Notes: generated from the letters alone by a model not told the origin. Positions 26,281-37,281 are shown, numbered from the stretch's first letter. The stretch: DNA of 41,376 nt from Pseudomonadota bacterium (GCA_024640785.1 JAHEEI010000003.1:1-41376), one strand, 5' to 3'. A program made the numbers and translations.

Positions 26281-26289
26281 CTTTGGGAT

Positions 26290-26685
26290 CTATCTCTTTG
26301 AGAACTGGAAGCGTGCTCTTGCTCCTTTTTGACCGTATTTTTGCCGTTCCACTTTTCTTGAGTCTCTGGTAAGCAGAGACTCTTTTTTAAGGATCTCTCT
26401 AAGGTCTGGGTTCATCAGTATTAGTGTTTTTGAGATTCCATGTCTGATGGCTTCAGACTGGCCGGTTGGGCCCCCACCTTTTACGTTTACAAGGATGTCA
26501 AAGGTGTTATTAAAGTCTATCAGGTTCAGAGGTTGTTTAACAGTTGTTTTTCTCTGTTCAAGACCGCCGAAATAATCATCAAGGGATTTTTTATTTATTA
26601 ATATATTGCCTTTTCCCGGTATCATTCGGATTCTGGCAATTGATGTTTTTCTTTTACCGGTTGCGGTGAAAACTTGTCCTGTCAT
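26290..26685 (-). CDS. rpsI: 30S ribosomal protein S9
   Basis: TGKRKTSIAR, GGGPTGQ, C-terminal RFQFSKR. Confidence 0.99.
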   Translation of the reverse strand: MTGQVFTATGKRKTSIARIRMIPGKGNILINKKSLDDYFGGLEQRKTTVKQPLNLIDFNNTFDILVNVKGGGPTGQSEAIRHGISKTLILMNPDLREILKKESLLTRDSRKVERQKYGQKGARARFQFSKR

Positions 26686-26702
26686 AATTATTTATATGCC
26701 TT

Positions 26703-27128
26703 TCAGATTAATGGTTTTGGCTGCTGAGCCTGATGTGGATGATTTTTCCCAGAGTATATCTTAAGTTTTTTGATCATTTGCCTGCCAAGACGATTTTTGG
26801 GAAGCATTCCTCTAACCGCTTTCAAGACCACTATTTCCGGTTTTTTTTCAAGAAGTTCTTCTGCATTTACTGATTTTATACCTCCCGGGTAGCCCGTGTG
26901 CCTGTAGTATTGCTTATCCTGGCGTTTATTTCCGGTAAGGTTAACTTTTTCTGCGCTTGTGACTACTATAAAATCTCCAGTATCTACATGGGGGGTATAT
27001 ATTGGTTTATGTTTTCCCCTCAGGATATGTGCGATTTTGGTAGCTAGATGGCCGAGGGCTTGACCTTCTGCGTCTACCTGGTACCAATCATGTACGACTT
27101 CTTCTTTTTTTGCACTAAAGGTTTTCAA
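26703..27128 (-). CDS. rplM: 50S ribosomal protein L13
   Basis: [33 protein letters not shown]; TTG start with GGGAG RBS. Confidence 0.99.
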   Translation of the reverse strand: MKTFSAKKEEVVHDWYQVDAEGQALGHLATKIAHILRGKHKPIYTPHVDTGDFIVVTSAEKVNLTGNKRQDKQYYRHTGYPGGIKSVNAEELLEKKPEIVVLKAVRGMLPKNRLGRQMIKKLKIYSGKNHPHQAQQPKPLI

Positions 27129-27157
27129 TTTTTTCTCCCATCTGAAATTAAATTCAA

Positions 27158-27186
27158 ATTATATTTTTTTTTAAATTATTTGTCAA
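27158..27186 (-). promoter_or_regulatory. Consensus sigma70 promoter for rplM-rpsI
   Basis: Minus strand TTGACA (27186-27181), 17 nt, TATAAT (27163-27158). Confidence 0.88.
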
Positions 27187-27491
27187 GTAATATCATTATT
27201 TTGCTAAATATTCCTGCACATATAGGTGTTATTAAATTTATGTGTAAAAAGTTTATTTAGAGATACCAAATATATTAAATGAGTGTTATTTTTATTAAAT
27301 AATATAATTATTTATATATTTAAACTGGCTGATCTAAAATATTTGTAAGGTTTATTTTGCGTGGACACGATTTAATATTCATGATATCAGATGAATATTA
27401 ACTAAAATGACAGATCTTTATACAGTTATGATTATTTGAAATTTAACCTCTAGTTTTACATAACTACTTAAAAAAATTTAAGGAATTGATA

Positions 27492-28355
27492 ATGATAAAA
27501 AATATCGGCATATTTGCAAAAAAAAGTCATCCTGATATTAATAGAATTATCAGCCGGATCATTGCTTTTTTACAAAACAGGAATGTAAAAGTTCTAATTG
27601 AAAATGAATTTGGTCCGGATTCCGATAAAATGACCATAATAACTGAAAAAGAAAATATTCCCCAGGAATCGGATCTGATTATTGTTTTTGGCGGAGACGG
27701 GACTCTTTTAAGCGTGTCCAGGCTTGATAATGTAACAGAGATTCCAATACTTGCTGTAAATCTTGGGGGTTTAGGTTTTCTCACTGAAATTAGGGTTGAA
27801 GAGATCATGGATATGTTGGGTAAAGTTCTTGCTTCTGATTATGATGTTGAAAAAAGAATGATGTTTGATGTTCAGTTAAAAAGGGTTGGGGATGGTAAGG
27901 TTGAGAATTTTATTGCTTTAAATGATGTTGTTGTAAATAAAAGCGCTCTGGCGAGAATGATTGATCTTGATACTTATGTTAATGATATGTTTCTAAACGC
28001 GTATAGGGCTGATGGTCTGATTATATCCACACCAACCGGTTCCACCGGATATTCTTTGTCTGCCGGCGGTCCAATCATTTACCCGTCTTTAAAGCTGATT
28101 GCAATTATTCCGATTTGTCCCCATACACTTACAAATCGTCCCATTATTCTCGATGATGAAAAAGAAATTATGTTCACCTTAAGGTCAGGGGATGATGATG
28201 TTTACCTGACGATGGATGGTCAGGTGGGTGTAGTTATGAATGTTGGGGATCAAGTGAGCGTTTATAAATCAAAAAAGATCATTAACTTAATAAAATCCCC
28301 CTTTAGAAATTATTTTGAGGTTTTGAAAGAAAAACTTAAATGGGGAGAAAGATAG
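27492..28355 (+). CDS. nadK: NAD(+) kinase
   Basis: GGDGT, NLGGLGFL, LND, STPTGSTGYSLSAGGP, DGQ (alternative TTG start 27486). Confidence 0.97.
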   Translation: MIKNIGIFAKKSHPDINRIISRIIAFLQNRNVKVLIENEFGPDSDKMTIITEKENIPQESDLIIVFGGDGTLLSVSRLDNVTEIPILAVNLGGLGFLTEIRVEEIMDMLGKVLASDYDVEKRMMFDVQLKRVGDGKVENFIALNDVVVNKSALARMIDLDTYVNDMFLNAYRADGLIISTPTGSTGYSLSAGGPIIYPSLKLIAIIPICPHTLTNRPIILDDEKEIMFTLRSGDDDVYLTMDGQVGVVMNVGDQVSVYKSKKIINLIKSPFRNYFEVLKEKLKWGER

Positions 28356-28369
28356 TTTCTAGGATCATT

Positions 28370-30076
28370 ATGCTACTTGAACTGGTTATCAAAGATTTTG
28401 CAATCATTGACAGGCTTAACCTTACCTTTAAAGAAGGTCTTAATATCCTATCCGGAGAAACAGGTGCTGGTAAGTCAATTATTGTTGGCGCGGTAAGTCT
28501 GCTTCTGGGAGGAAGGGCATATTCAGAATTAATCCGCTCTGAAAAAGATGCTGCAGTGGTTGAAGCTGTTTTTGATATCAAAGATTCTTCTGAAGTTAAA
28601 ATACTTATAAAGTCACTGGGGATTACGGTAGAAGATGATCAGTTAATTATAAGACGGATAATTTCAAGAAGCGGAAAGAACAGGATATATATTGGAAATC
28701 AGCTTGGGAATATCCAGGTGCTTTCTCAAGTTGGTGGCGCATTAATTGATATTTCAGGTCAGTATTCACAGCAATTACTGCTTCAGACTGAAGGGCATAT
28801 AAATATTGTAGATATTTTTGGTGTTCATGAGGAGTTGTGCGAACAGTATAGAGAATGTTATGAAGATTTTTTAAAGGCTCTTGATGAATTAAATGACCTT
28901 GTTAAGAAGGATGAAGAACTTAAAAGTAAAAAAGATCTGTATGCTTTTCAGAATGATGAGCTGAATAAAGTTTCACTTGACCCTTCGGAAGAAGAGGAGT
29001 TGTTAAATGAAAAAAATATTCTTATCAATGCAAAAGAGCTCTATGATAAAACCTATGGTGTTTATGTTGAAATGTATGAGAATGATCATTCATATATTTC
29101 TGCCTTAAAAACTGCATATAAAAGTATTGAAGAAGCTGCGGCAATAGACGAGGTACTTGAGAGTCAGCGTAAAAGTTTTGAGTCAACCATTTTTGAACTA
29201 GAAGATAATGCTTTGTCATTAAGGGCTTATGCTGACAAAATTAATATTGACCCTGAAAGGCTTGAACAGGTTGAGTTAAGACTTGATGAAATCTACAGGC
29301 TCAAGAAAAAGTATAATAAGACCGTGGTTGAGCTTATTGATTATCAGAAGATGATTGAGGCTGCTTTGAGTAGGATTGAATCATTTTCTGATGACATAAA
29401 TAAATTAAAAGATAAACTTAAAACAAAGTCAGACACGTTATGGAAACTTGCTGACAAGTTATCTGAAAAACGTAAAAAGGCATCAGCTGATTTTAAAAAA
29501 TGTGTTGAAAAAGAGCTTAAATCCATTGGAATGGAGAAGACAGATTTTTACGTTGAAATAAAAAGTTATTCAAGAAGCATTGCTGAAAACTTTGACTCGT
29601 ATGTTAACGGGCTTGACATCTCGGGTAAGGACGAAGTGGAATTTTATATTTCGCCGAACAGGGGGGAAGAAAAGAAACCTCTTTCAAAAATTGCTTCAGG
29701 TGGAGAACTTTCAAGGATAGTACTTGCAATTAAAAAAATTATGGCTGAGAAGTACTTGATCCCAACTTTACTTTTTGATGAGGTTGATACTGGAATTGGA
29801 GGTTCTATCGCAGATTCAGTCGGAACAAAATTAAATGAAATATCCAGGTCTCATCAGGTATTGTGTATCACGCACTTACCTCAGATTGCCTGTTTTGGAA
29901 ACCATCATTTTAATGTCACTAAATGTTTAGCTAATAATAGAACTGTTACAAAAGTAGAACTACTAGGCGAACAGAGCCGTATTGATGAAATATCAAGAAT
30001 GCTGGGCGGAAAAAACATTACGGATAAGACCATTGCCCATGCTATTGAAATGCTCAAAACTGCACAAAATGTTTAA
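28370..30076 (+). CDS. recN: DNA repair protein RecN
   Basis: MLLELVIKDFAII start, SGETGAGKS, coiled coil, ASGGELSR, FDEVDTG, ITHLPQIA. Confidence 0.98.
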   Translation: MLLELVIKDFAIIDRLNLTFKEGLNILSGETGAGKSIIVGAVSLLLGGRAYSELIRSEKDAAVVEAVFDIKDSSEVKILIKSLGITVEDDQLIIRRIISRSGKNRIYIGNQLGNIQVLSQVGGALIDISGQYSQQLLLQTEGHINIVDIFGVHEELCEQYRECYEDFLKALDELNDLVKKDEELKSKKDLYAFQNDELNKVSLDPSEEEELLNEKNILINAKELYDKTYGVYVEMYENDHSYISALKTAYKSIEEAAAIDEVLESQRKSFESTIFELEDNALSLRAYADKINIDPERLEQVELRLDEIYRLKKKYNKTVVELIDYQKMIEAALSRIESFSDDINKLKDKLKTKSDTLWKLADKLSEKRKKASADFKKCVEKELKSIGMEKTDFYVEIKSYSRSIAENFDSYVNGLDISGKDEVEFYISPNRGEEKKPLSKIASGGELSRIVLAIKKIMAEKYLIPTLLFDEVDTGIGGSIADSVGTKLNEISRSHQVLCITHLPQIACFGNHHFNVTKCLANNRTVTKVELLGEQSRIDEISRMLGGKNITDKTIAHAIEMLKTAQNV

Positions 30077-30092
30077 TTTAAAGGAATAAGTT

Positions 30093-30548
30093 ATGATTAG
30101 AAAAGCCAAAGTTTCAGATATTAAAGCGATTCATTCACTGCTGCTTAATTACGCTGAAAGAGGAGTGCTGTTAGGTAGATCATTAAGTGATTTATATGAT
30201 CAGATAAGGGATTTTTATGTGTCTGTAGATGATGAGAATAATATATTAGAGGGCATCTGCGGTTTACATGTTTGCTGGGATGATCTTGGCGAGATACGTT
30301 CTCTTGCAGTTAAGGATGAGTATAAAGGTCAAGACAGGGGCTTTGAGTTGGTGAATGCCTGTATCAGAGAGGCAGGAGATTTCGGTATAAATAAACTTTT
30401 TGTTCTTACATATGTTCCTGATTTCTTCAGGAAGATTGGTTTTGAAATTGTGGATAAGAAGGTTCTTCCTCATAAAGTATGGGCTGACTGTATGAATTGT
30501 GTAAAGTTTCCGGACTGTGAAGAAGAAGCAATGATGATTAACCTGTAG
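30093..30548 (+). CDS. GNAT N-acetyltransferase (short ArgA-like)
   Basis: EIRSLAV..EYKGQDRG, LFVLTYVPDFF, LPHKVWADCMNCVKFPDCEE. Confidence 0.88.
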   Translation: MIRKAKVSDIKAIHSLLLNYAERGVLLGRSLSDLYDQIRDFYVSVDDENNILEGICGLHVCWDDLGEIRSLAVKDEYKGQDRGFELVNACIREAGDFGINKLFVLTYVPDFFRKIGFEIVDKKVLPHKVWADCMNCVKFPDCEEEAMMINL

Positions 30549-30552
30549 TCTG

Positions 30553-31533
30553 TTAATCTGCCGATGATTTATTTTTATGATAAATATCTGTGTAGACAAA
30601 TCTTTCCATCAGTCTGTTGTAAGCCGTCCATTTAGTGTCAGGGTTAGATTCTTTTTCAATATAATCTGTAACTGCACAGATCTTCGAATCAATATCATCA
30701 AGATAATGAAGCATCATTGCTTCAAGTGTTTTGGGCTTTTTGGGTGAGCCGAATTCAAATTTACCATGATGGCTTAGGATTAAATGTTTAAGTATCATAG
30801 CAAGGTCTGTTGGAAAATCTGGACATTGTGCAATCTTATCATTTAATATTTCAACACCGATTGATATATGACCTATCAGACGTCCGACATCTGTATAGTC
30901 AAAATTTCTTTCATATGAGAGTTCGTTTATTTTACCAATATCATGTATTATGGCGCCGGTAATTAAAAGATCCTGATCGATATCATGATAATGTTTTGAG
31001 ACATCTATCGCAAGACGGGTTACATTAAGGGTATGATCAAGCAACCCGCCCAGATAATCGTGGTGTATTGTTTTTGCTGCAGGCGCCTTTTTAAAGGATG
31101 ATAAAATGTATTCATCATTAAAAATTATCTGTAGAAGTTTTTTTAAATGAGATGTCTTAATGCTGTCAATAATTTTAAAAAGATCTTTAATTGATTGCTC
31201 AGGATTATTCTCAGAGGAAGGGAGGAAAAAGGTGAGATCCGTATCGTCATCTGCAATTTTTAGAATATTATTTATATTAAGCTGGATCTCCCCCTGATAG
31301 ATAACTGAATGTGCTTTTACAGCAACGATATCTCCAGTATCAAACTGTTTAGACAGTTTTTCAGCATTGTCCCAAACCCTTGATTTAACAACTCCTGTTT
31401 TGTCTGAAAGGTTAAGTGAGATATATGGCTTTCCGTTCTTGGTTGTCGCAATATTCTTATTTTGTACCAGAAATATAGTATCTATTTTAGTGTTTTCTTT
31501 TATTTCGTTTATGTAAACTGATTTGTTCAGCAT
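30553..31533 (-). CDS. yhaM: YhaM-family 3'-5' exoribonuclease (OB + HD)
   Basis: N-terminal OB fold (KNGKPYISL.LSDKTG), PAAKTIHH, GGLLDHT, HDIGK, SHHG..EFGSP. Confidence 0.9.
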   Translation of the reverse strand: MLNKSVYINEIKENTKIDTIFLVQNKNIATTKNGKPYISLNLSDKTGVVKSRVWDNAEKLSKQFDTGDIVAVKAHSVIYQGEIQLNINNILKIADDDTDLTFFLPSSENNPEQSIKDLFKIIDSIKTSHLKKLLQIIFNDEYILSSFKKAPAAKTIHHDYLGGLLDHTLNVTRLAIDVSKHYHDIDQDLLITGAIIHDIGKINELSYERNFDYTDVGRLIGHISIGVEILNDKIAQCPDFPTDLAMILKHLILSHHGKFEFGSPKKPKTLEAMMLHYLDDIDSKICAVTDYIEKESNPDTKWTAYNRLMERFVYTDIYHKNKSSAD

Positions 31534-31579
31534 TTCCTGTCCTTATGTATCCATTGCAGTTATAAAAATCATCAACAGT

Positions 31580-31608
31580 AAAAAAAATACCCTAAAAAGG
31601 GTGTTTTT
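31580..31608 (-). terminator. Terminator-like hairpin downstream of pilU (possibly bidirectional)
   Basis: A-tract, TACCCT-AAAA-AGGGTG, T-tract; reads as a stem followed by 8 T on the minus strand. Confidence 0.65.
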
Positions 31609-31625
31609 CTATGATATATAAATGA

Positions 31626-32774
31626 TTAGTATTCTTGTGTTTCATCTGATTTCAGCCTAAAGGGATTTTCATCTTTATCTTTAGTCTCAAGAGCATTTTT
31701 ATCCGAGGCTTTTCCTACTTCAGCAATCTTAATTTTTAGCCTCAGATCGTTTGGACTGTCTGAATAGGCCATTGCATTTTCGTAGGTGATTATGTTTTCT
31801 TTATATAAGTTATAGATTCCTTGGTCAAAAGTCTGCATGCCTTCCTCGATTCCGGCAGCCATTGCTTCTTTTAATACATCAATTCTCCTTTTCATAATAA
31901 GATCCTTAACCCGGGGTGTATCAAGAAGTATTTCAATTGCTGCGACACGTTTATTATCAACGGTTGGGATAAGTCTTTGTGAGATGAATGCTCTCATATT
32001 AAGGCTGAGCTGGAAATATATTTGGTTATGTTTCTCATGAGGAAAAAAATTCATTATTCTTTCGATGGCTTGATTCGCGTTATTTGCATGAAGAGTTGAA
32101 ATACATAAATGACCAGTTTCCGCAAAAGCTATAGCTGCTTCCATTGTTTCCGCGTCGCGAACTTCACCTATTTGTATTACGTCAGGTGCCTGACGCATTG
32201 TGTTTTTTAGAGCACTGGCATAACTATGCGTATCCATTCCAATTTCTCGCTGTGATATAATACATTTTTTGTGCCGGTGTACAAATTCAACTGGGTCTTC
32301 TACCGTAACAATATGTCCGGTTGTTGAGTTATTCCTATAATCAACCATTGCAGCCATGGTAGTTGATTTGCCTGTTCCGGTTCCACCTACCAGCAAAACT
32401 AGACCGCGTTTTGTTAAGCTGACATCTTTCAAAATTGCAGGAAGCCCAAGGTCGTCTATTGTTTCTATCTCCATTTTAATCATCCTGAAGACAAGCCCCA
32501 CACAGTTTTTTTGCCTGTAGATATTTACGCGAAAACGTCCTATGTCCGGATAGTATAAAGCAAGGTTCATCTCGAAGGTTTCAGCAAATATTGCTTTTTG
32601 GCGTGCATTCATAAGTGAATTTGCAATCTCTTCTGTTTGATGTGCATTAAGACTTGCATTGCCATATGGTTTAACTATACCCTCTGTTTTAAACATTGGG
32701 GGACTGTCAACAGTTAGATATAGGTCCGATGCGTTTGACTGTACCATGAGCCCAAGCAATTCTTTAACGGTCAT
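31626..32774 (-). CDS. pilU: Type IV pilus retraction ATPase PilU-like
   Basis: GGTGTGKSTT, EDPVE, RQAPDVI, AETGHL, HANNANQAIERI; lacks AIRNLIRE; follows pilT. Confidence 0.9.
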   Translation of the reverse strand: MTVKELLGLMVQSNASDLYLTVDSPPMFKTEGIVKPYGNASLNAHQTEEIANSLMNARQKAIFAETFEMNLALYYPDIGRFRVNIYRQKNCVGLVFRMIKMEIETIDDLGLPAILKDVSLTKRGLVLLVGGTGTGKSTTMAAMVDYRNNSTTGHIVTVEDPVEFVHRHKKCIISQREIGMDTHSYASALKNTMRQAPDVIQIGEVRDAETMEAAIAFAETGHLCISTLHANNANQAIERIMNFFPHEKHNQIYFQLSLNMRAFISQRLIPTVDNKRVAAIEILLDTPRVKDLIMKRRIDVLKEAMAAGIEEGMQTFDQGIYNLYKENIITYENAMAYSDSPNDLRLKIKIAEVGKASDKNALETKDKDENPFRLKSDETQEY

Positions 32775-32795
32775 TGTAATCTCCTTTGAATTATT

Positions 32796-33830
32796 TTAAG
32801 AGCTTACTTCTTTTAAATAGCGTTCGGCGATTTCAGGATCGACAATTCCTTTGGCAACCAGGTTTTTAATTGCTGCGTCCATTGTCTGCATGCCGAATTT
32901 AAAGCCAGTTTGGATTGATGATGGTATTTGGGCAACTTTTCCTTCACGTATAAGGTTTCTAATAGCTGGGGTACCAATCATGATTTCAAGTGCCGCGACC
33001 CTTCCTTTTCCATCTCTGGTTTTTAGAAGTGTCTGAGAGATTACGGCCTGGATTGTCTCTGAGAACTGGGTCCTGACCTGTGCCTGCTGTCCGGATGGAA
33101 AAACGTCAATTATTCGGTCGATAGTTTTGGGAGCACTATTGGTATGAAGGGTTGCAAAGACTAGATGACCTGTTTCAGCGGCTGTAATTGCCAGTTGGAT
33201 AGTCTCAAGGTCTCTCATTTCACCCACTAAAATAATGTCAGGATCTTCTCGGAGTGAGCCTCTAAGAGCATTGGCAAAGCTGTGGGTGTCTGCCCCAAGT
33301 TCCCGTTGATTTACAAGACAGTTTTTAGATCGGTGAACAAATTCAACAGGATCCTCAATTGTAATAATATGTTCTTTTCTGCTTTTGTTTATGTGGTCAA
33401 TCATGGCCGCAAGTGTGGTTGACTTGCCGCTACCAGTTGGTCCGGTAACCAGTACAAGTCCGTTTTTATAATCGCATACTTTCCGGCAGGTATTTGGGAG
33501 TCCCAGTTGTTCAAAAGAGAGAATTTCTGTAGGAATTGTCCTGAAAACAGCGGCCTCACCGCGCTGCTGATAAAAGCAATTAACTCTGAAACGTCCGTAT
33601 TTACCCATAGCCATTGAAAAATCAAGTTCCTTAGTTTCTTCAAGAGTTTTTCTCTGTCGGTCATTCAAGAGATCATAGATCATTTTGTGTATTTCTTCTT
33701 TTGATAATACGTCCATTTCAAGTTTTCGTAATTCTCCATTTAAACGAATCATTGGCGGTTCTTCAGCACTAACGTGAACGTCAGAAGCTCCTTGTTCCTG
33801 GGCAAATATGAGTAGTTCTGAGATGTCCAT
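32796..33830 (-). CDS. pilT: Type IV pilus retraction ATPase PilT
   Basis: GPTGSGKSTT, REDPDIILVGE, AETGHL, AIRNLIRE, GMQT. Confidence 0.97.
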   Translation of the reverse strand: MDISELLIFAQEQGASDVHVSAEEPPMIRLNGELRKLEMDVLSKEEIHKMIYDLLNDRQRKTLEETKELDFSMAMGKYGRFRVNCFYQQRGEAAVFRTIPTEILSFEQLGLPNTCRKVCDYKNGLVLVTGPTGSGKSTTLAAMIDHINKSRKEHIITIEDPVEFVHRSKNCLVNQRELGADTHSFANALRGSLREDPDIILVGEMRDLETIQLAITAAETGHLVFATLHTNSAPKTIDRIIDVFPSGQQAQVRTQFSETIQAVISQTLLKTRDGKGRVAALEIMIGTPAIRNLIREGKVAQIPSSIQTGFKFGMQTMDAAIKNLVAKGIVDPEIAERYLKEVSS

Positions 33831-33996
33831 ATTTAAAACTCCTTTATAATTGATTGATATAAATGTTTTTAAGCTCCTAATATATTATTGTCAATGAATT
33901 TTTCAATAATATAATTAAATTAATTTATTTCTGAAATAAATAATGAGGTTAGCAGATTATTAAAAGTTATAGTATAATTGTATACTAAAAATTGTA

Positions 33997-34725
33997 ATGT
34001 CAAAAGGTAATTGTAAGATGATAGACAGAGAAATTAATAAGATCATTAATAGAATTCTTGATTATGAATTTAAAAATCCAGCCCTGCTGGAACTTGCTTT
34101 GACTCATAAATCATATGCTAATGAAATGGAATTGAAAAATATTTATGGTAATGAACGTTTAGAATTCATGGGTGATGCTGTACTAGGGGCAGTAATAAGC
34201 CATATTATTATTGAAAGATATGAAGATTTTTCTGAGGGAGAGCTCTCAAAAATGAGGGCTTCTGTTGTAAATAAAGAGTCTCTTGCAGGTCTTTTAAAAA
34301 AACTTGGAATAAACAGATTTATTATACTTGGCAAAGGAGAGCAGCAAAATAACGGTCGCGGAAAAGATTCTATTCTGGCAAATGTTTACGAGTCAATAAT
34401 TGCAGCAGTTTATTTTGATGGAGGTTATGATAGTGCCTACAATATGATCAGTGCTCATTTTAAGGAGACTTTTAATAATGCTGAACAAGATGGCTGCTAT
34501 ATAAATGATTATAAAAGCCGACTGCAGGAGTATTGTCAAAAAAATATGAATACTCTTCCAGAATATAATATTGAAAGTGAAGAAGGGCCTGATCATATTA
34601 AACAGTTTGAGTCAGTTGTGATTATTAATAACATTAAGTATGAAAAAGGAATTGGTAAAAACAAGAAATCTGCAGAGCAAGAAGCTGCCATGAAAACACT
34701 TAACAGGTTGTTAAAGGAATTTTAA
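33997..34725 (+). CDS. rnc: Ribonuclease III
   Basis: ALTHKS, NERLEFMGDAVL, dsRBD DYKSRLQE...KKSAEQEAA (alternative start 34018). Confidence 0.98.
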   Translation: MSKGNCKMIDREINKIINRILDYEFKNPALLELALTHKSYANEMELKNIYGNERLEFMGDAVLGAVISHIIIERYEDFSEGELSKMRASVVNKESLAGLLKKLGINRFIILGKGEQQNNGRGKDSILANVYESIIAAVYFDGGYDSAYNMISAHFKETFNNAEQDGCYINDYKSRLQEYCQKNMNTLPEYNIESEEGPDHIKQFESVVIINNIKYEKGIGKNKKSAEQEAAMKTLNRLLKEF

Positions 34726-36045
34726 ATGATACCGGTAGTTGCGATAATAGGCAGGCCAAATGTTGGTAAATCGACCCTTTTTAATCAGCTGGCAAAAAAA
34801 AATATAGCTATAGTGGATGATCTTCCCGGAGTTACCAGAGACAGGAATTATCTTGAGGTAACATATGATAATAAACCTTTTATTCTGGTTGATACAGGAG
34901 GTTTTGACCCATTTGATGATGATAAACTTTCTGCTATTGTCAAAGAACATGCTCAGATAGCCGCTGAAGAGGCAGATGTTATAGTTTTTCTAATGGATGG
35001 TCAAACAGGTCTGCATCATTCTGATGAAGAGGTCCACAGGATTATTCAAAGGTCAAATAGAAAAGTTTATTATGCTGTAAATAAGCTAGAGAAGGAAAAG
35101 GAAAGGGGTAATGTTTTTGAATTTTACAGCCTTGGTGTCGATAGAATATTTGCAGTTTCAGCCAAGAATAATATTGGAATAAATGATCTTTTTGATGAGG
35201 TAACAGAAGACTTTCAGGAGGACAAAGAAGCTGATAAAGGTCTAAATGAGACAGTAGTGGCAATTGTGGGGAGGCCTAATGTCGGCAAATCATCAATAAT
35301 AAATAAGATTGTTGGAAAGGACAGGTTCATAGTCAGTGATATAGCAGGAACTACCAGAGACTCTGTGGATACACTTTTTAAATATAATAATAGGTCAATC
35401 CGTATAATTGATACAGCTGGTATTCGCAGAAAAAGCCGTATAAGCTTTAAACTGGAAAAATATAGTGTTATAACAGCCTTGAGGTCAATAAATGCCTCAG
35501 ATCTTACCGTATTGCTCCTGAACGCTGAAGATGGAGTGACATCTCAGGATATGAAACTCGCATCTCAAATTTTTGATAGAAAAAAAGCTTGTATAATTGC
35601 AGTAAATAAATGGGATCTGATTGAAAAGGAAAATAAATCTTATGAGAATTTTGTAAAGAAGGTCAGAGATGATCTGTCTTTTATGGATTTTGCTCCTGTA
35701 ATTCCGGTGTCAGCATTAACCGGGCAGAGAGTTAGAAAAATCCTTGATCTTATTCTCGAAATTGGTGAGACCTATAAAAAGAGGGTACCGACCTCGGTCT
35801 TCAATAAGAAATTAATGGAGATTTATGCCAGAAGCCCATCACCGAAAAATAGGAGAAACAAGACAAGACTCTATTATGGTACACAGGTAAAGTCATCACC
35901 GCCAATATTCAAGATCTTCACTAATAATCCGGGCTCTTTTCCTGAGCATTATTTAAAATATCTGGAACGTTCAATCCGGGAGGAATTCGAGCTAAATGGT
36001 GTTCCTGTATGTCTTCAGTTTGCTAGCAGAAAGTGTGAAGAGTGA
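34726..36045 (+). CDS. der: Ribosome biogenesis GTPase Der (EngA)
   Basis: Two tandem G domains (GRPNVGKS twice, DTGG/DTAG, NKLE/NKWD) and a KH-like C-terminus. Confidence 0.98.
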   Translation: MIPVVAIIGRPNVGKSTLFNQLAKKNIAIVDDLPGVTRDRNYLEVTYDNKPFILVDTGGFDPFDDDKLSAIVKEHAQIAAEEADVIVFLMDGQTGLHHSDEEVHRIIQRSNRKVYYAVNKLEKEKERGNVFEFYSLGVDRIFAVSAKNNIGINDLFDEVTEDFQEDKEADKGLNETVVAIVGRPNVGKSSIINKIVGKDRFIVSDIAGTTRDSVDTLFKYNNRSIRIIDTAGIRRKSRISFKLEKYSVITALRSINASDLTVLLLNAEDGVTSQDMKLASQIFDRKKACIIAVNKWDLIEKENKSYENFVKKVRDDLSFMDFAPVIPVSALTGQRVRKILDLILEIGETYKKRVPTSVFNKKLMEIYARSPSPKNRRNKTRLYYGTQVKSSPPIFKIFTNNPGSFPEHYLKYLERSIREEFELNGVPVCLQFASRKCEE

Positions 36046-36056
36046 GGTGAGAGTAT

Positions 36057-37145
36057 TTATTTGAGATTTAGCGCAGTCTGCATTGCTAAACTCAGCTCAT
36101 GGGGTGACTTTACCTTTAAAAAGACTTCACCGATTTGTTTCATTAACACCATATTGATACCGGATCCCGATCTTTTTTTATCTTTCAGCATAGTATCAAG
36201 ATAGTTCTTTAATGAAAAGGCCGGTAGTTCTGTCGGCAGACCAGATTTTTGCAGCAGTGCTATTAATCGATTAGAATTATCCATATCAGTAAATTTCCAA
36301 AATTTAGATAACTTTGAAATTGCTGCCATGCCTATTGCAACAGCCTCACCATGGATGAATTTATTGTAGTTGGTCAGTGTTTCAACCGCATGGCCAAGGG
36401 TATGTCCGAAATTAAGGAAAGATCGGATACCTTTTTCTTTTTCATCCTGTGTGGTGATATCTGCTTTAATGCTGCAGCATGTTTTAATGATATAGGCAAT
36501 AATTTCATCATCAAGTTTAACAGCTTTATCAATATTTAATTCAAGATATTTAAAGAATTCTTTGTCAAGAATTACACCGTACTTAATGACCTCAGCAATC
36601 CCGGCTCTAAGCTCTGCAATTCGAAGCGTCTTTAAAACTTCAGGGTCTATGATTACAATTTGTGGCTGATAAAAAGACCCAACAAGGTTTTTTCCTCCAG
36701 GTAAATTTACACCGGTTTTACCGCCGACACTGCTGTCAACCTGTGAAAGGAGGGTTGTGGGAATCTGAATGTAGGGAATACCTCTAAAAATAGTTGCTGC
36801 AGCAAAACCAGCCATATCCCCGACAACTCCACCACCAAGGGCAATAATAGATGAGTTGCGATCAAAATCCATCCTGATAAGTTCATTATAGATATTGGAT
36901 ATTGTTTTCAGATTTTTGTGTTCTTCTCCATCTGGCAATATAATTTTATGGACATTAAACTCTGCTTTTATAAGGCTTGTTTTTATCTGATCCAGATAAA
37001 GCGGAGCGATAGCTGCGTTTGTTATTATTGCGATGTTTTTGCATACAGGTAGGGCGGAAATCAGCTCTCCGGTTTTATTCAGCAGACCGGTTTCTATGTG
37101 GATATTATAGGTTCTGTCTTTTAGATCAACTATTACTGTTTGCAT
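36057..37145 (-). CDS. aroB: 3-dehydroquinate synthase
   Basis: GGGVVGD, PTTLLSQVDSSVGGKTG, EVIKY, LNFGHTLGHAVE, HGEAVAIG. Confidence 0.98.
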   Translation of the reverse strand: MQTVIVDLKDRTYNIHIETGLLNKTGELISALPVCKNIAIITNAAIAPLYLDQIKTSLIKAEFNVHKIILPDGEEHKNLKTISNIYNELIRMDFDRNSSIIALGGGVVGDMAGFAAATIFRGIPYIQIPTTLLSQVDSSVGGKTGVNLPGGKNLVGSFYQPQIVIIDPEVLKTLRIAELRAGIAEVIKYGVILDKEFFKYLELNIDKAVKLDDEIIAYIIKTCCSIKADITTQDEKEKGIRSFLNFGHTLGHAVETLTNYNKFIHGEAVAIGMAAISKLSKFWKFTDMDNSNRLIALLQKSGLPTELPAFSLKNYLDTMLKDKKRSGSGINMVLMKQIGEVFLKVKSPHELSLAMQTALNLK

Positions 37146-37281
37146 AAATTTATGTTTTTCTTAAGGCCTATTTTTTTTGATTTTAATCATTTCAGAGCAC
37201 AGTATTTAAAGATTTCTATTGTATTTTTAACTTAGAATATTATTGATTATATCATACTCAGTGCTTTTAAGGGCTATAGAA

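Noticed and set aside
27190-27485. LexA/SOS box upstream of nadK-recN
   Set aside because: No match to the LexA motifs I know; the region is simply very AT-rich
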